From Orbicella franksi (taxonomy: Eukaryota), in assembly GCA_964199315.1 (NCBI GenBank), contig OZ116700.1, forward strand, positions 9,300,001 through 9,364,000: 64,000 nucleotides of DNA. Reading direction: 5' to 3'. Every line of letters starts with the position of its first letter. Within the stretch, counting starts at the first letter, position 1. Below are positions 44,596-58,175 of the stretch, one piece after another. The notes below the pieces were generated by a model, which ran no database searches, had not been told where the DNA came from, and saw nothing but the letters and a program-made list of their open reading frames with translations. Position numbers and translations under genes: made by a program.

Positions 44596-45027
44596 CTTGG
44601 CTTCGTGGATTACGCAATAGCATTTGGAACGAGGAGGAATGGGTACTTCTGTCCTGTCTGGGGGCCTTGGCACGAGGAAATTTTAAAGCTCTTGTAAAGG
44701 GAAAAACATGAGATATGGATTGATTGGCTAGATTCTTGGACTTGAAAAGAAGCGACTGTTTGATTTATTCGATTACAGCACCTACAGAGCTCAAGCCACA
44801 TACTCAAAAAGAGAACAGAATTCTGACCGGAACTGACATTTGCATTTTCGCTATAAGGTACTTTTTTTTTTTACTGTAAACTCTCCGTGCAAGCAACTTT
44901 TAGATCTCTTGAAGGTCTGTTGGTGATTTGGTCGAGCGGCTTTAGTTACAAATCAATTAGAGGGTATTCTCGGGAGGGAAAACAGCGTTAAAGATCTTAT
45001 TTTATAGTCCAAGCATGTAGAGCGCCT

Positions 45028-45822
45028 AGGGCGGATCCAGGATTTGATGAAGGGGGGTTCGGAGAATTTTCCGTCGAAGGTGGACCCTTCTAAGGGGTCC
45101 GAGGCATGCTTCACTCCCCCCCCCCTCCCCCCGCCAAGACTTATTTAGGTTCTCGGAATCCTAATTTAAAGCGTGTTGACGGATGACTGTGGTTGTTTAA
45201 TATCTTTGAAATCATCTCTGTTTTGAGCTATTTAAACAAGAACTACGCTTATAAATTAGGTATTTGCAATAATGCTTACCCTCCTGATGACGTAGGAACT
45301 AGCCGACCGAAAAAAGCGATTAATTCGCTGCTGTCTTTTCGACACAACTCACGGACTTCAAATTAAACCCTGAATCCTAAGAGAAAAGTGGTTTTCCTTG
45401 GACTTTCGTGCGCCGCTGGCAATCGAAATCTTTGTGAACGATTACACAACACAATGGTGAGCTGATTAACAAAGAGGCTCAGCTTCTGGCCTAAGCTACG
45501 GCGCTTAACATGTGATATCTGTCGATAGAAAAACTGTCACTTTTGGCGCCATGTAGAATTTGACAGAAGCATGAATCACGTGTTATTTTACCAAATAGGC
45601 AAATAAAAAAAGAAAGTGCTTAAATAAAACGGATTTTAGGCATTTAAAACCAGGAAAAGACTCAATATGATTTTCACGCTTTTCAAGCTAGTCCTTTTTT
45701 CAGAAGATAAAATATTTGTTAGCGATGTTTGCCCACAAAGGTTCTCGTCAGAAACGGCACGTATTTAAGCAATCTTTCATCTCATTTAGGGGGTTCGACC
45801 GAGCCACCCCTGGATCCGACCC
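45028..45822. mobile_element. TIR-bounded non-autonomous element upstream of AGXT-P
   Basis: agggcggatccagg ... cctggatccgaccc. No TSD detected. Confidence 0.5.
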
Positions 45823-46301
45823 AGCGCGCCAATCAATCACATATATTTCTCCGAAGGGACTGTTTTTAGCGGGCTCTAACTCTGCCGGCTAAAAGAGACA
45901 GGTTTTCGGTGCGGAGGGGGGTGGGGGGGAGGGAAGAATGATTTTTTTTGCCGCTCTTGGGTAAAGCTAACGAACAACCACTAGACGTGCAGTGCTCAAA
46001 GAACCCAGTTTTCTCTACTTCACCACCCTCGACACCCTCGCCACTCTCCACCCACGTCACTCTAGCATTGCCATCCTCGTAAAAGTGGAGAGGGCGGCAA
46101 TGGTGACCAAGGTTAAAAGGGTGGCCGGTGGCAAGGGTGGGTTTCAAGGGTTCGGAGGATCTTGGCTAGCTTGGCCGTGAGATGTCAAATGTTGTACTCA
46201 GTCTTATAAAACTCCCTCAGGTACGGAGGTAAGAGAAATTAAAAAGCCTTCCAATTGCTGGTTGCGAGTCTCTTCTTTCATCATCAGTAACAGGGGTTTA
46301 A

Positions 46302-46751
46302 GGTCACTCCCCAGTATTGCATTGCGCATCCCTACTTGCGCATAATTTCACGCATAATTAGCGCGCGCGCATTAAAAATTGGCGGCTTTTTCTTTACGGC
46401 TGGACCTCGCCAGAGAGGTAAATCGTCATTTTCTCGCAAACGAGTATGGTGACCTATCATTTTTTTTCTGTTATTTTGAATTGAGTAATAAATTTCTCTG
46501 TGTAAAATAAATATGGACCAATTCTCAGTGTAGAACAAAAAACAATCGTCGGAAACGTGAATTTAGCAAGCAGTTGTGACAACATGGTGCTATTATAAGG
46601 ATTTATTGGGTATAAACAAGGTGCTGTTGCTCCTAAATGAACATGGGGACCTTTTATTTTTATTTCAAAATTTAAGTTCCTATAAGATACACAATCAATA
46701 GGCAAAGTTTCACAAAAATCTCAGTGGAGGTTCTATTTCAGTGGAATGACC
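46302..46751. mobile_element. Non-autonomous element with TTAA target duplication (Kolobok-like)
   Basis: ttaa|ggtcactcccc ... gtggaatgacc|ttaa. Confidence 0.7.
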
Positions 46752-47223
46752 TTAAAGAGTATTACCGGCAGCGAGGGTCGGGAATTCCACGTTATTGTGT
46801 GCGAAAACACTTTTGCGCTACTTTAACGGAAATGTGGCGGATTTTAGCGCCACCTTTATTATATGAAAGCAACGATCATCCATTTTAAGTTGATTCTGAA
46901 AGTTAAGATCAAGCGCAGGACGGTAGCTAACCGAGGCACTTGCCACGGTAAACATTTTGAAGTCATTATCCTGCAAGAGGCTCTGTTTCAGTTTAAAAAA
47001 AAAAAAGATTTGAAAAAAAAAAAAAATTGTGACAGTGGCGAGGTAACCATCCAAGAGTATGCATACTATGCGAAGGGAAGCTGTCTAACTGATCGGACAA
47101 CTCGTCCTCAAACCCGTATTCTTCCGGCGGTCAAAAGCCGAGCGCCACGCAAATTGTAGGTTCGATATAAATACAAGGAGTTTTTATTTAAGAATAGAAA
47201 ACATGCACCGTGTTTCTATCCAG

Positions 47224-47515
47224 TTTTAGTATAAATCTACTAGCGTTCTATATATCACGAACGCCGTTCGCTGATTGGCTACGCTACTCACTATCTATTC
47301 TGTGATAGATAGTGAGTAGCCTAGCAATGAACACTTGTTAACGAACTGGCGGCCGCGTCTTTGTGCGTTTGAAGTTTCTGTGATGAGGATTTAGATAAAG
47401 TTTTGAGCGACTGGTAGATTTATACTAAAACAATTACATTGTATTCGCTCTTGATAGTTGACTTGGGCTGCACCCTCGTCAACTATCACGCGATAGAAAT
47501 CGAGATCAGTGTATG
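47224..47515. mobile_element. Hairpin-containing non-autonomous element
   Basis: Internal palindromes ctactcactatcta...tagatagtgagtag and gatagttgac...gtcaactatc. Near-inverted tagtataaatctac / gtagatttatacta. Confidence 0.55.
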
Positions 47516-48622
47516 TTTAATAGAAATACGATTTTAAACATAGCAGCGTGCGTATTTTCTTTGGGCTATTTTCTAAATAAGTATATAGAGCGAGCTCTAT
47601 GACTCAGGTGTTAAGAACACTTACACACATCAACCACTCAAACTTTATTTGCAACTTACAAAACACTGAAATTTTCAGAGTGAACATGTTGAGTTTAAAT
47701 AAGAATACCATCTATTTCCTTACCAAGGTTAATCTTACTTATGATATAAAATAACCTTCACCTTGTTACCAAATGGATGGCGAAGCTATAATACTCGAAG
47801 TAACTTCTAAGTAGTCCTCGCGACGCTTAGAATAACATGTCCAAAATTGAAAACATCACGAAATCCCAAATATTTACCAACAAAAAACGCCTGACCCGAA
47901 AGTAATTCTCAAGGCTTTCATATAAATTCTCAATTACTTGGGTTTATATCTACAGACTTAAGAATTAGAACCGCTATGTAAAATTTACAGCATATAAAAC
48001 AAGAACAAATCAAAAGTACTGCTTAAAAGCTTTCGTTTGAATGCCTCCATATGTACTATGGTTTAATTCACAGCCTCAAAAGTTAGCACCACCCCGTGCG
48101 ACGTAACAAAAAGTACCACAAGAACGTTAACATCTGAATGGCTTTCTCTTAAACGGTTTCTTTTTAGAATTTTATCGTCAAACTTCAGGAAAATTAAAAC
48201 GAACCTTTGCAGTCGCAAAAACCACTCTGAGTTCAAGGCCACGCAGGCATTTTTCCCTCTCAAAGTGTGGCAGGTTTATTATTTTAGTTTCAAAATTCAA
48301 TACCGTTCTTATTTTACAATATAAATGACTGTAAATCACGTAAGAAGAATTCTAAAACCTATTGTTTACGTGCACCCTTTTTTATTCTACACATTTTATT
48401 CCACAAATCTAAAAGTGTTTTCTCAATTTCCACCATCCATTCGTATTTAATTAGCCAGATTAATTCCTTCTTCTAGATGAAATCAACTGAAGTGAAATTT
48501 CTAGTCCGCTACTAAACCATCCAAAACAGTTGCATTAATTTCCGCTATTTAAATTGCCTTTAGAGGCCAAATGTTCTATTTTACACCAGTGACGATTCAG
48601 TCACATTTTCGAAGCCGGAACT

Positions 48623-51600
48623 TTAGGAACGGCGTTGGACATCTTCTATTGCCTCTTTGAAAAGACGCAAGAACGTGTCAACATTTTCGGTGTACGAGTT
48701 ATGTCCCATGAATCCTACACGCCACACCTAAAGAATCAAAGGGAACGTTTTGGTTAAAGTTTAATACCTCCAGATTATTATATGGTTGTGTCTCACAAGG
48801 ACGGAAAACTACCGAATTCACATGTTTTTTGGCTGAAATCGACAATTACCGCGGTCTTGATTTTCCCATTTAGACCGACATCTAGACTGGTTTACATTTT
48901 GCGGTGAAAAAGTTGCAAACTAAGATATAACAATATTGACTAATTTCTTCTAAAAATATTAAAGGAAGTGCCAAATAGCCCGATGAGAAAAAAAGTAAAG
49001 AGGACGCGCAACTTTGGCAGATTTTGGTTTTAATAACTTTGCGTATTTTTACCGTTGAACCTAATATAACTGGAAACTCTAAGGAGCCGACTTACCTTTC
49101 CAACTGTAGGGCCCATACCACCAACAATTTCTAGCTTGTACCTAAAAGGCAAATAGACACAAACCACCTCTTTAACAAGGACTAAACTCAATTCATAAAT
49201 ATGAAGTGTACTGTGAAGTTATTGAAGTATAAAAAGAAAAAGAAAGAAAAAAAAAAACACCTCATTTTCTGCGATTCTCTACGCGATCCACTTATACTAT
49301 AATGTAAGAAGGGGTACATACTGGATAGCGGTAATTTTAGTTTAATTTTTCACGTGCTTTAGGGAGCTTTAAGGGCGAACGGCAAGCAAAGTTTGGAAAG
49401 CGATCGAGGTGAGTAGCATTTACTTTTTTTTCGGTGGGGTGGGTGGGGGGGGGGGGGAATACTGTGCGTATATACAGTAGAATCCTGATTTCTCGAACCC
49501 TCATTTTTTTGAACCTCCCAATAACTTGAACCAAAAGTCTTTCCCTCTCCTCAGTCAAACACTGTAATTTTACCCCCACTTTCTCGAGCTCTCCGATTTT
49601 TGGAATTAATTTTCGTTTTCCTTGGAGGTTCGAAAAATCGGGATTCCACTGTAATCAAAACAGCATGCATCTCATTGAATAACCTTAAGCTTATACTAGC
49701 AGTTTATGAGTTAAGCTTATGTCTCTATGATCTACCAAGGAAGGTGTTTATTTTACACATAGTTTATCTTGCTCACTTTTTCATAAGATATTCTGGGACA
49801 GCTTTCCAATCTGGAAATCCTTCTGGGATTTTAACACTTGTTACTGTTGGAAGACGATGAGCCTATAAAATAGGGAATTGATTAGAATTTGACAACAATT
49901 TAATAAAAAAAATATCTATGAGATTATCCATCCAATAACTATTCGAAATATGTCTTTGGGTATTTTCAGTAAACATCCATGCCTCCCCCACCAAAGAGAT
50001 TTTTTCCAACAGCCCCCCACCCCTCTGGAAATTCCAATTAAACTTAATACATGTCTTTAAATTTTCTGGTCTTAGAGAAGCCCCCATCCCCCAGGAAATT
50101 ATAATCCCTTCTGTGGGGGGAGTATGGATATTTTCTGGTGCTGCACATTATGAATTACCATAAATCCTTGAATTAAGTCCCCCCCCCCCCTCGAATAAGT
50201 GCCCCTCCTATTGGCCAAAATTTAAAACAAGCACCCCCTCCCTCCCCCCCCCCATTTTGTGGACGAGTAATGAGACAACAGAGGATGTATAGTTTTCGTC
50301 ATGTGGTATTAGATTTGTACATTGTTTCAGTTTGTGAACATGTTTAGTGAACATGTTGAACTTTAGGATCAGCTTTTTATGTGAATAAACAGCTTATGTT
50401 GGTGTTCACACGTAGGTGAGGTATTAGTAAGCACCCCCCTGAATAAGTACCCCCCCCTCGAATAAGCGCCCCCCCCGTCTTCTCCTAAATTTGAATTAAG
50501 CGCCCTGAGGAAGCGTACCCCTCAAGATTACATTAGTGAATTGATTATTTGAATATTGAACCTGCTAGTCAGTTCAAGAATGAAATAATGAATTGATTAT
50601 TGGAAAATTGAACTCACTAGTCGTTCCAAGAATACGGCTAATGGGTTTAATGTTCAAAAAATCAATTCAATATTTATTTTTGAAATGACTAGTAAGTTCA
50701 ATATTCAAATACAGTGAAACTCCACTCCATGGACACCCGCTTAATAAGGACACTCCCTTATGATGGACAGTTTTCTCTGTCCTGACAACTAAAATGGTCA
50801 TATATTTTCTCTTAAATTAGCCCACTTAATCCGGATAATGCAGACACCACTGCATGTCCCTTTGCTGTCCGTATTACTGGAGTTTCACTGTAATAAATTC
50901 ATTATTGAATTCTTGAAACGATTAGCAGGTTCAATATTCAAATAATCAATTCATTAAATGTAATCTTGAGGGGCACACTTCACTTGGTTTGACCACAACC
51001 TTGAAAGACTTTGAGAAAGTCTTAGATTAACCAATTGCCACCCTTACTAATTAAAAAGAAAGAAATGTCGAAGCATTTTTACCTTATCTTTAACAAACAT
51101 CTCCAGTCCCATCTTCTCAAGTCCAGCCCAGAGATGTTCAATGGTGTCATGATGTCTTTTCCAAGAATTCTCAAGTCCCTAATAAGAAGCAAAAACACTT
51201 AATATTAACAAATAGTTTGTATAATAATTCTCACTGACAATTTCACAACTGCATCGGGTATTTTTTATCCAATGTATGTTTTAATCAATTGATGAGGTTA
51301 ATTGAGTGCAAATAATTCAATCAGAACTGAAACTTTAAAAAACAAAACATTGATTTAAAGTATTTATTGTTAAGCTTGGTTTTGTTATAAACATTAAGGC
51401 AAGAAGACATCTCTTGTCCTGACTGAGTGGCTATCTGAAACATGCCAATTAAATTTCACACACTGCAAGTCCTGAACATCAATTCTGTACCTCTTCTGCA
51501 AGCAAAGCCAGGCTTTCTCTCAGTGCATAAACCAGATTAATTGCTGCAGTATGGTGGTACCTAAACACAAACAGCAAAAAGGAAATAAAAAGTTAAAAAC

Positions 51601-54600
51601 TTACCAAAGATACCTAACCAAATGTAAAAAATTGCTAAAAATGTCTCACCTTCTTGGGTCCTCATCACAGCCCCAGTAGTTCCCTAGTTCAATCATGTCC
51701 AAGTAAAATGATGGTACTTTAGTTCTCCGGCTGTTTATCTTAGCCCTAGAAGTGTTAACGCAGCAAAGTTAAGGACATTCACTTTAATTGTTTCTGCACA
51801 TCCTTACTGCGCACGCAAATTCGCACCCCACATCATGCATGAGCAAGTACACTAAGTTCTAAAATGAACCATGATACGGCAGATGGCCATTGCTATATAG
51901 CTAATGCCTGGATTTAATGATCTTGGATGTTCAGTAACCCTTATTTTCCTTTCCAGAAACAGATTTTATTTACAACTATCTCCACATTGTCCATGAATGA
52001 ACAAAAAAAATCACTGTGGGAAGTTAAAAAAATTTCAAGATTTCTGTCCACATTGAATCCTGCCATCTTGCAACTGCAAGGAGCCTGAAGCTACATGTAT
52101 GGTCGCTAAATGCGAATGTGTTCTTTAAGGAACCTCACCAGTTGACTAAATTCACTTAATAGGTCCACTTGAACAATATTTAGCAGAGAACATTTCACTT
52201 CAAAGTTCCAATTGCACTACTTTTGGCTTACAGACACTGTGGCCTTATTCGTTAATGAAACCAAAGTTTTTCAGATTTAGGATGTTCTTCCAGGCATGTT
52301 CTCTCCAAAACAAAGTCGGTGACCCCCCATTTTCTTACATTTCATTTTCTGACATAAATAACTCACCATCTTACAGTGGTAAAAGTCTAAGAAAAAAATC
52401 AAAGTTGGAAAATTTTCGCACGTACGTCCTTATAAATCTTCACTTGGCTCCCTTGGCTCCCTTATAATTTAACCCGCTGACTTAGATGCTAACCATTGGG
52501 GCAATGCTTTGCAGATCATTCCTAATATCCCTTCTTTTTAGATTGTGAACTCTCGGCCAGCTTTATTCATGAGGCTTTGCAGGATGATTTTTGCCAAGAG
52601 ATAAGATCATGAGATTTACAATTTAGCTACATGTAAATCTTAGTGACTCTCATTCAAAATAACTGAGATAATAATTGGAGATGTGTATACCTGGTGACCC
52701 AGATAATTTAGTTGTGGCCGTTAAAGCAGCAGACTAGAATTCTTACCAAGGCAATAACAGAAAAAGATGCATCTTATATTGCATACAGATTTATTTTTTT
52801 TCTCAATGCCTGGCCACTGTCAGGAACTCAAAAGAGATATTAAATAAATTCAAAGTTTTTACCAAGGTAAGTGCCTCTGTTAGCCTGTTACTAGCTACAG
52901 CTATGGCCCTGTTATACTCACATGGCTCTGGGGCTGAATGTAATTGGTGCGATTCCAGGAGGTGAGCCAAGACACTTTTGGGAGCCTGAGTAGACACAGT
53001 CCAGGTCCCAGTCATCAGTGAGGAAAGGTGTTCCACCAAGGGAAGCAACAGTGTCCACAATTATTAAGCAATTATGCCTGTAATTGAGAAAATTTTAAGT
53101 TGAGTCCTTACATAGAAAACTGAACAACCAAATTAAAAGTTATGACCAAGGGTACATGACCATACTAACTGATAAAATTTTAATTTTTTTCATTCTTAAT
53201 CTCTAAATTTAGCTTTCATCTTAACTTAGAAGTCTAAACTGGCAGGAGATTCCCTCTCAGTTAGAAATTTAATTATGACAGTGAAATGTTTATTCAAAAA
53301 GTTACAATTCATAAATATAATTGCTGTCAATTTTTCCTCATTACACTCACTTGTGGCATAAAGCTCCAAGGTCATCCATTGGTTGACATATTCCTGAAGA
53401 AGACTCACTGTGAACGATGAAAAGCACTGACGGCTTGTGTTCTTTGAGACTCTTAAAAAAAATAAAATATAATGTTAATAACTAATCAAAACCTAAATAA
53501 TGAATAAATGAATGTATGACTGGGTAGTAAATCAAGTGGTGGTGAATGGTTCCCAGAAAGTTCCCTGGAAATTTTGCCGCAGATCTCAAAAATCTTGGTT
53601 TCCTTTCTGATGAGTCTGAAGGCATTGTTTTTCTGTGTTTTTTTTCAGTCTCTGAGTCTAAGATCATCATTTAGTTAAGTGTCATTCACAGATTTTAAAA
53701 TAAGTGTGTTGGTATCTTGTTTTGCCAACTGTCACCATTGATCAATCAAAATTAACATTAACAAGTCATAAATTCTTTAGAAGTTTTAAAACATTTTAGG
53801 TTAGATCTGGCTCTGCTTTCAATGAAAAAGAAACTAATAGACAGGAAATTTCTTATTCTATTAATATTATTGAAAGTTGCTAAAAATCATCAGCATTCGG
53901 ATGAACTGTTTGACCAATTGTATCGATTTTGCTAACTGATCTGGATCGTGCAGAAAACTGAAAAATAGTCAAAAAAATGAAATTTCACCTGTTCAATTTC
54001 ATCACGAGTGTAGTATTCTCCGGGTGACTTTTCAAGGACTCGTACATCACATCCTTTTGAAGGAAACACATGTTGCACCAAATTAAAAACATTGATCATT
54101 CATGGCAGAAGTGATTTACTATGAATGCCCAAAAACTTGCAATGTGTTGTTTTGGAAAAAATCCATACCCCCTCCCTTAGATTAGGGCTTTTTGCTTTGA
54201 GCCCCTCATCCATCTGAAAATTCCAGTTTTGATTCATACTTTTGTTTGAAAATTTCTAACAACCCTCCTTGGGATGGGTATGGATATTTTCTGGAACCAT
54301 ACATTTAAAAGCAAATGCTGTTTATAGATTCCCAGTTAGTTTCTTTCTTTTTAAACTGTAACCCTTAAAAAGTTTGTTTATAAAAAAAAAAAAAGGAAAC
54401 AAAAGACTGCCTACTGCATATCTTAATTTTGTTTTCAGTCAGAAAAATAATGAACTCCTCTCATCAGCCAACCTTGTTTATGGTCTGATTATGTGAAAGA
54501 TAATAAAATTATTACAAATAATTCTCAAAAATTATGAAATAATAATGGCTCTGGCAAAAAAACAGTTGTTGTTATTAAATAAAGTATTTGACAAAAGTTT

Positions 54601-55583
54601 CTGAGAAAGTTTGGTGTTACCATAGAAATGCAATGGAGATCCCCTTCACCCACGGATGTAGGGTAGGAGGGAAACTTGATTGCTTTATAACGATTTATCA
54701 TTAACTGTGCAGTTTATAATTTCTCCGTGGGGCGCTTGTTGATGTTTCGCTAGGCTGAGAGCGCTCGTCCCCTCGAATGTATTAAACGTGAAACGTGTCA
54801 TCGCTAGTAGTGCAATAGGAATCTGACAGTGGAGAGGACTTCAGGATGTAGTGTACGATGTTATGTATAGTACAAAGTTCGAAAGAAAAAGAAACTTTGG
54901 ATAATTTCCATTGTAATTGTTTGCGCATCTGGAAATGTGCATTCAGGTTGGGGAGATCGCGCGCCAAAGTATCCAGACTACGGGATGACGCTAGTGTGTA
55001 AATTTGGCACGTTGACAGCCATTCATGAGCAATCTTTAAAATTTAGAAGAAATATGCAAGGACTTCACAGAATATCATGGATGAATTCACGTTAAAAGTG
55101 CCATTTTCATGCTGATTTCTGATTCTTACCTTGCCGCTCGGCAATTTCGCGAGCCCTCGAACCCCACATTCCATTAACACACACTAGAATGCGTTCTCCT
55201 CGTTCGACAAGGTTCATGATCGAAGCTTCCATCGCCGCATGTCCCGCTCCAGTGATAGCGAGAGTGTAGTCGTTATTCGTCTGAAACACGTACTTCAGAC
55301 CTGCCTTCGTTTCGTCCATTATGTGATGAAAATCCGCCTGCAGATGGCCCAGAAGCGACATCGCAGAAGCGTTGTATATCCTCATCGATGGATTCGAAGG
55401 GCCAGGCCCAAAAAGAAGCTTCGTGGGCACTGTCAGAGGCACCAGCAATTCTTCCGGTGGTGGAACTTTCGGTTTCCATTCCTCTGCCAACTTGGCTGTG
55501 GCTGTCGAAAGCGCCCTTAATTCGAATCGGAGAGGCCCTCGAGCCGCAACTCCAAAAAGTCTAGCAAATTTCGTAAGGCTCAT
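48623..55583 (-). CDS. AGXT: Alanine-glyoxylate/serine-pyruvate aminotransferase, paralog M (predicted mitochondrial), 424 aa. Exons 55583-55130, 54053-53989, 53451-53351, 53077-52922, 51745-51650, 51560-51491, 51178-51083, 49862-49777, 49141-49096, 48727-48623
   Basis: Ten GT-AG exons (454, 65, 101, 156, 96, 70, 96, 86, 46, 105 nt), same intron positions as paralog P, continuous 1275-nt frame, SGSQKC PLP lysine. N-terminal [33 protein letters not shown]; ends ...EDVQRRS*. Confidence 0.95.
49475..49651. mobile_element. pogo/Tigger-like MITE, TA target duplication
   Basis: ta|cagtagaatcctgatt ... aatcgggattccactg|ta. Confidence 0.8.
50510..50981. mobile_element. TIR element carrying a nested pogo-like MITE at 50712-50890
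   Basis: Outer arms gaagcgtacccctcaagattacat and atgtaatcttgaggggcacacttc. Inner ta|cagtgaaactcc...ggagtttcactg|ta. Confidence 0.75.
51773..52429. mobile_element. Kolobok-like non-autonomous element, ~25 bp from the AGXT-M exon-5 acceptor
   Basis: ttaa|ggacattc ... gtacgtcc|ttat (degenerate TSD). Confidence 0.55.
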
Positions 55584-56356
55584 TTTTCTGCACTTCGTAG
55601 ATTTCGTTCTACGTGTACAACTCCGAGTAGTAGTATCCAAATAGAGAAAATACCGGTTGGACTGTTTATAAACAGAATTAACACGTGATCAAGAGGGCGA
55701 CAAAGGCAGCAGTTTGCATCATAACAAACCAGACGAACGGGTTTTAGGATGAGAGTTTGGCACGTACAAGTTCGCAAAAAATATTTTTTTCAACTTTACG
55801 TCAGCAAGCACAGTTTAATTCTCCGAGCAGATCCTAATAAAAATGGCGGCTATTTAGAGCGTAGCGAAAAATATCGGGGCGATTGTGAAGAGACCATTGG
55901 CGACATCATCGTTGTGGTCTATGTGGACTTTGCTACTGATTACATCACAATAGAGGACGTGGGCGTGTTTGGAGGTGTGTTTCTACGCACGAATACAAAA
56001 TTACTTCCTACTTTCAATTTTCGCCCTTCCGATTCGTGTGAATCGGCAAAACTCCACTGCAAATTGTAAAAATGTGAAAGTGCATATTCCATCAACAATT
56101 CTTACACCGTGATCAAGCGACAAATTCAGTCAAGCGGAAACTTCGTACTGGTAGTTGACGTTAGTAATCCGGCGTAATGGCTCAAGACAATATTGCGCTC
56201 TCGAATAACAATGGAGTCGATCGAAAGCCCAAGTGAAATAAAATTGGCGCATTTCCGTGTGAAATTCTTTCACGCATTTCGCTGCATCATGTTGTAGTTT
56301 CCGCTTCTTTGAGGCATTAAGTGCGTCATGTCAGTCCGCGATCTACCGAAAATTCT

Positions 56357-57005
56357 CCCAACTTGTATTCTTTCATGTTTGGAGACGGAATTAGGCGACT
56401 TTTAGTACACTGGAATCCTTCTAATCCGAGCCACAAAGGGTTTCTTTAAATAAGAAATGATGTCCGAGCTTTTGTCCAGGCCTGAATAAAGTGGCCGTGA
56501 TAACGAAGTGGCCGTATTAGATGACGAAGTGGCCGTAAGAACGAGGTTGCCGTATTAACGAGGTGGCCGTGTTAATGGGGTGGCCGTATGTAAGGGGTAG
56601 CCTTATGTATGGGATAGCCGTATGCATTGGGTAACCGTATCAACGGGTTCGCCGTATGCATGGGGTAGCCGTAAGAACGAGGTTGCCGTATTAAAGAGGT
56701 GCCCGTGTTAACAGGGTGGCCGTATGTAAGGGGTATGTATGGAGTAGCCGTATGCATGGGGTAACCGTATGAACGAGTTAGCCGTATGTATAGTGTAGCC
56801 GTAAAAACGGGGTATCTGTATGAAAGGGGTAGCCTTATGCATGGGGTGGCCGTACCATACTGGTGTTTTTCTTGTCATGACCATGAATTGTAGTGTAGCA
56901 AGCCTCATTCGGTCTGCCAGCAGACCAAATGACCAGATTAACGGGGTTCCAGAGTACTAAAAGTCGCCTAATTCCGTCCCCAAACATGTAAGAATACAAC
57001 TGGGG
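56357..57005. mobile_element. TIR element (~60-bp arms) enclosing a 17-bp minisatellite at ~56481-56855
   Basis: cccaacttgtattctttcatgtttggagacggaattaggcgacttttagtac is inverted at 56944-57005. Internal g(g/t)tggccgtat..(a/t)(c/t)g units, about 20 copies. Confidence 0.75.
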
Positions 57006-57151
57006 NNNNNNNNNNNNNNNNNNNNNNNNNNNNNNNNNNNNNNNNNNNNNNNNNNNNNNNNNNNNNNNNNNNNNNNNNNNNNNNNNNNNNNNNNNNNNNN
57101 NNNNNNNNNNNNNNNNNNNNNNNNNNNNNNNNNNNNNNNNNNNNNNNNNNN
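57006..57151. other. Assembly gap (146 N)
   Basis: Run of N. Confidence 1.
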
Positions 57152-58175
57152 NGAGAAAAAAGAAATTGAAACCAAGCCAGGTCATCTGCAGCTACAGTGT
57201 TTTACATGTTTATTAAGTGATAATACTGATCTGTGATTACATGTACAACAAAAGTGCAAAATGTGATACCCCTGAGTGAGATCCCCTAATTGGAAATGCA
57301 AAATTGTCAAAAGCCCACTCTCATTCCCAGAGCCGCCAGACCCTCTTAGTTGACGGGGGCCTTGGCACAAGGAAATTGATTGCTAAATTCTTGGACTAAT
57401 GTTTTCATTTATTCAGGAAAAAAACCAAAACAGATTTTTACTGATTCAGAAAAAAGAGATTGTCACTAATTTGCCACTTGTTTGCTTCCAGAAAGTGTCC
57501 ACTGGTTGATCTCTAAATTAAACCATACGGAAGTTTATAACTGGCTTACAGAAAGACTTCTTAGTTAAAACAACACTAACAAAACATCTGAATACCACTT
57601 CCTGCCAGTAATTCTGTTTTAAGTTCTCTACTGTTAAAATCTGTTAACGTCTTTAGGTGCACTAACTGAATAGTCTGAGTTAAAGATACACATTCAAAAA
57701 GCTTCAAGAAAACAAAAATCCATAATCAACACACACAGGTCGGCAAAAGGTTGTTTACATTTTTGTACAATTCGCCGCAAAATTTCCAGAAATTTAGTAG
57801 GGAATTTCCATTCAAAAAGAGTATCTTCTATTTTCCACCAAAGAACTCACCATTGTGGTTAAGCCATGAAATTTGGCACAGCCTGAGAAGTCAAAAGGAG
57901 TTAGAACTAATGCAAAAGGTGCATAGCAGGTAACAAAAATGCAAACTTACATTGGTAATAGCTGAGCAAACAAACAGGACCACCTTTTCAGAAGTTTCTT
58001 CGCTCACATAATAAAAGTTGTGTTTTGTTTGCATCATATCCCAACTGGAATATTTTACAGAATTTTTTGATAAATCAAGAATAACCCAAAATCCCTGTGC
58101 ACTGTCTAATAGTCTGAAGTAATGCCCTTCTTATATTTAACACTAGTTTGATGTGTGCTAGACAGTGTATTTAAA

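Noticed and set aside
44596-44673. N-terminal extension of AGXT-P implied by the ORF track (MPRPPDRT...)
   Set aside because: It begins at GTG rather than ATG, follows an in-frame TAA, and does not align with the presequence of paralog M.
55584-55640. Extra 19 residues before MSLTKF in the AGXT-M ORF
   Set aside because: The ORF-track start is TTG; the first ATG is at 55583.
56835-57185. ORFs spanning the N run
   Set aside because: Artefacts of the assembly gap.
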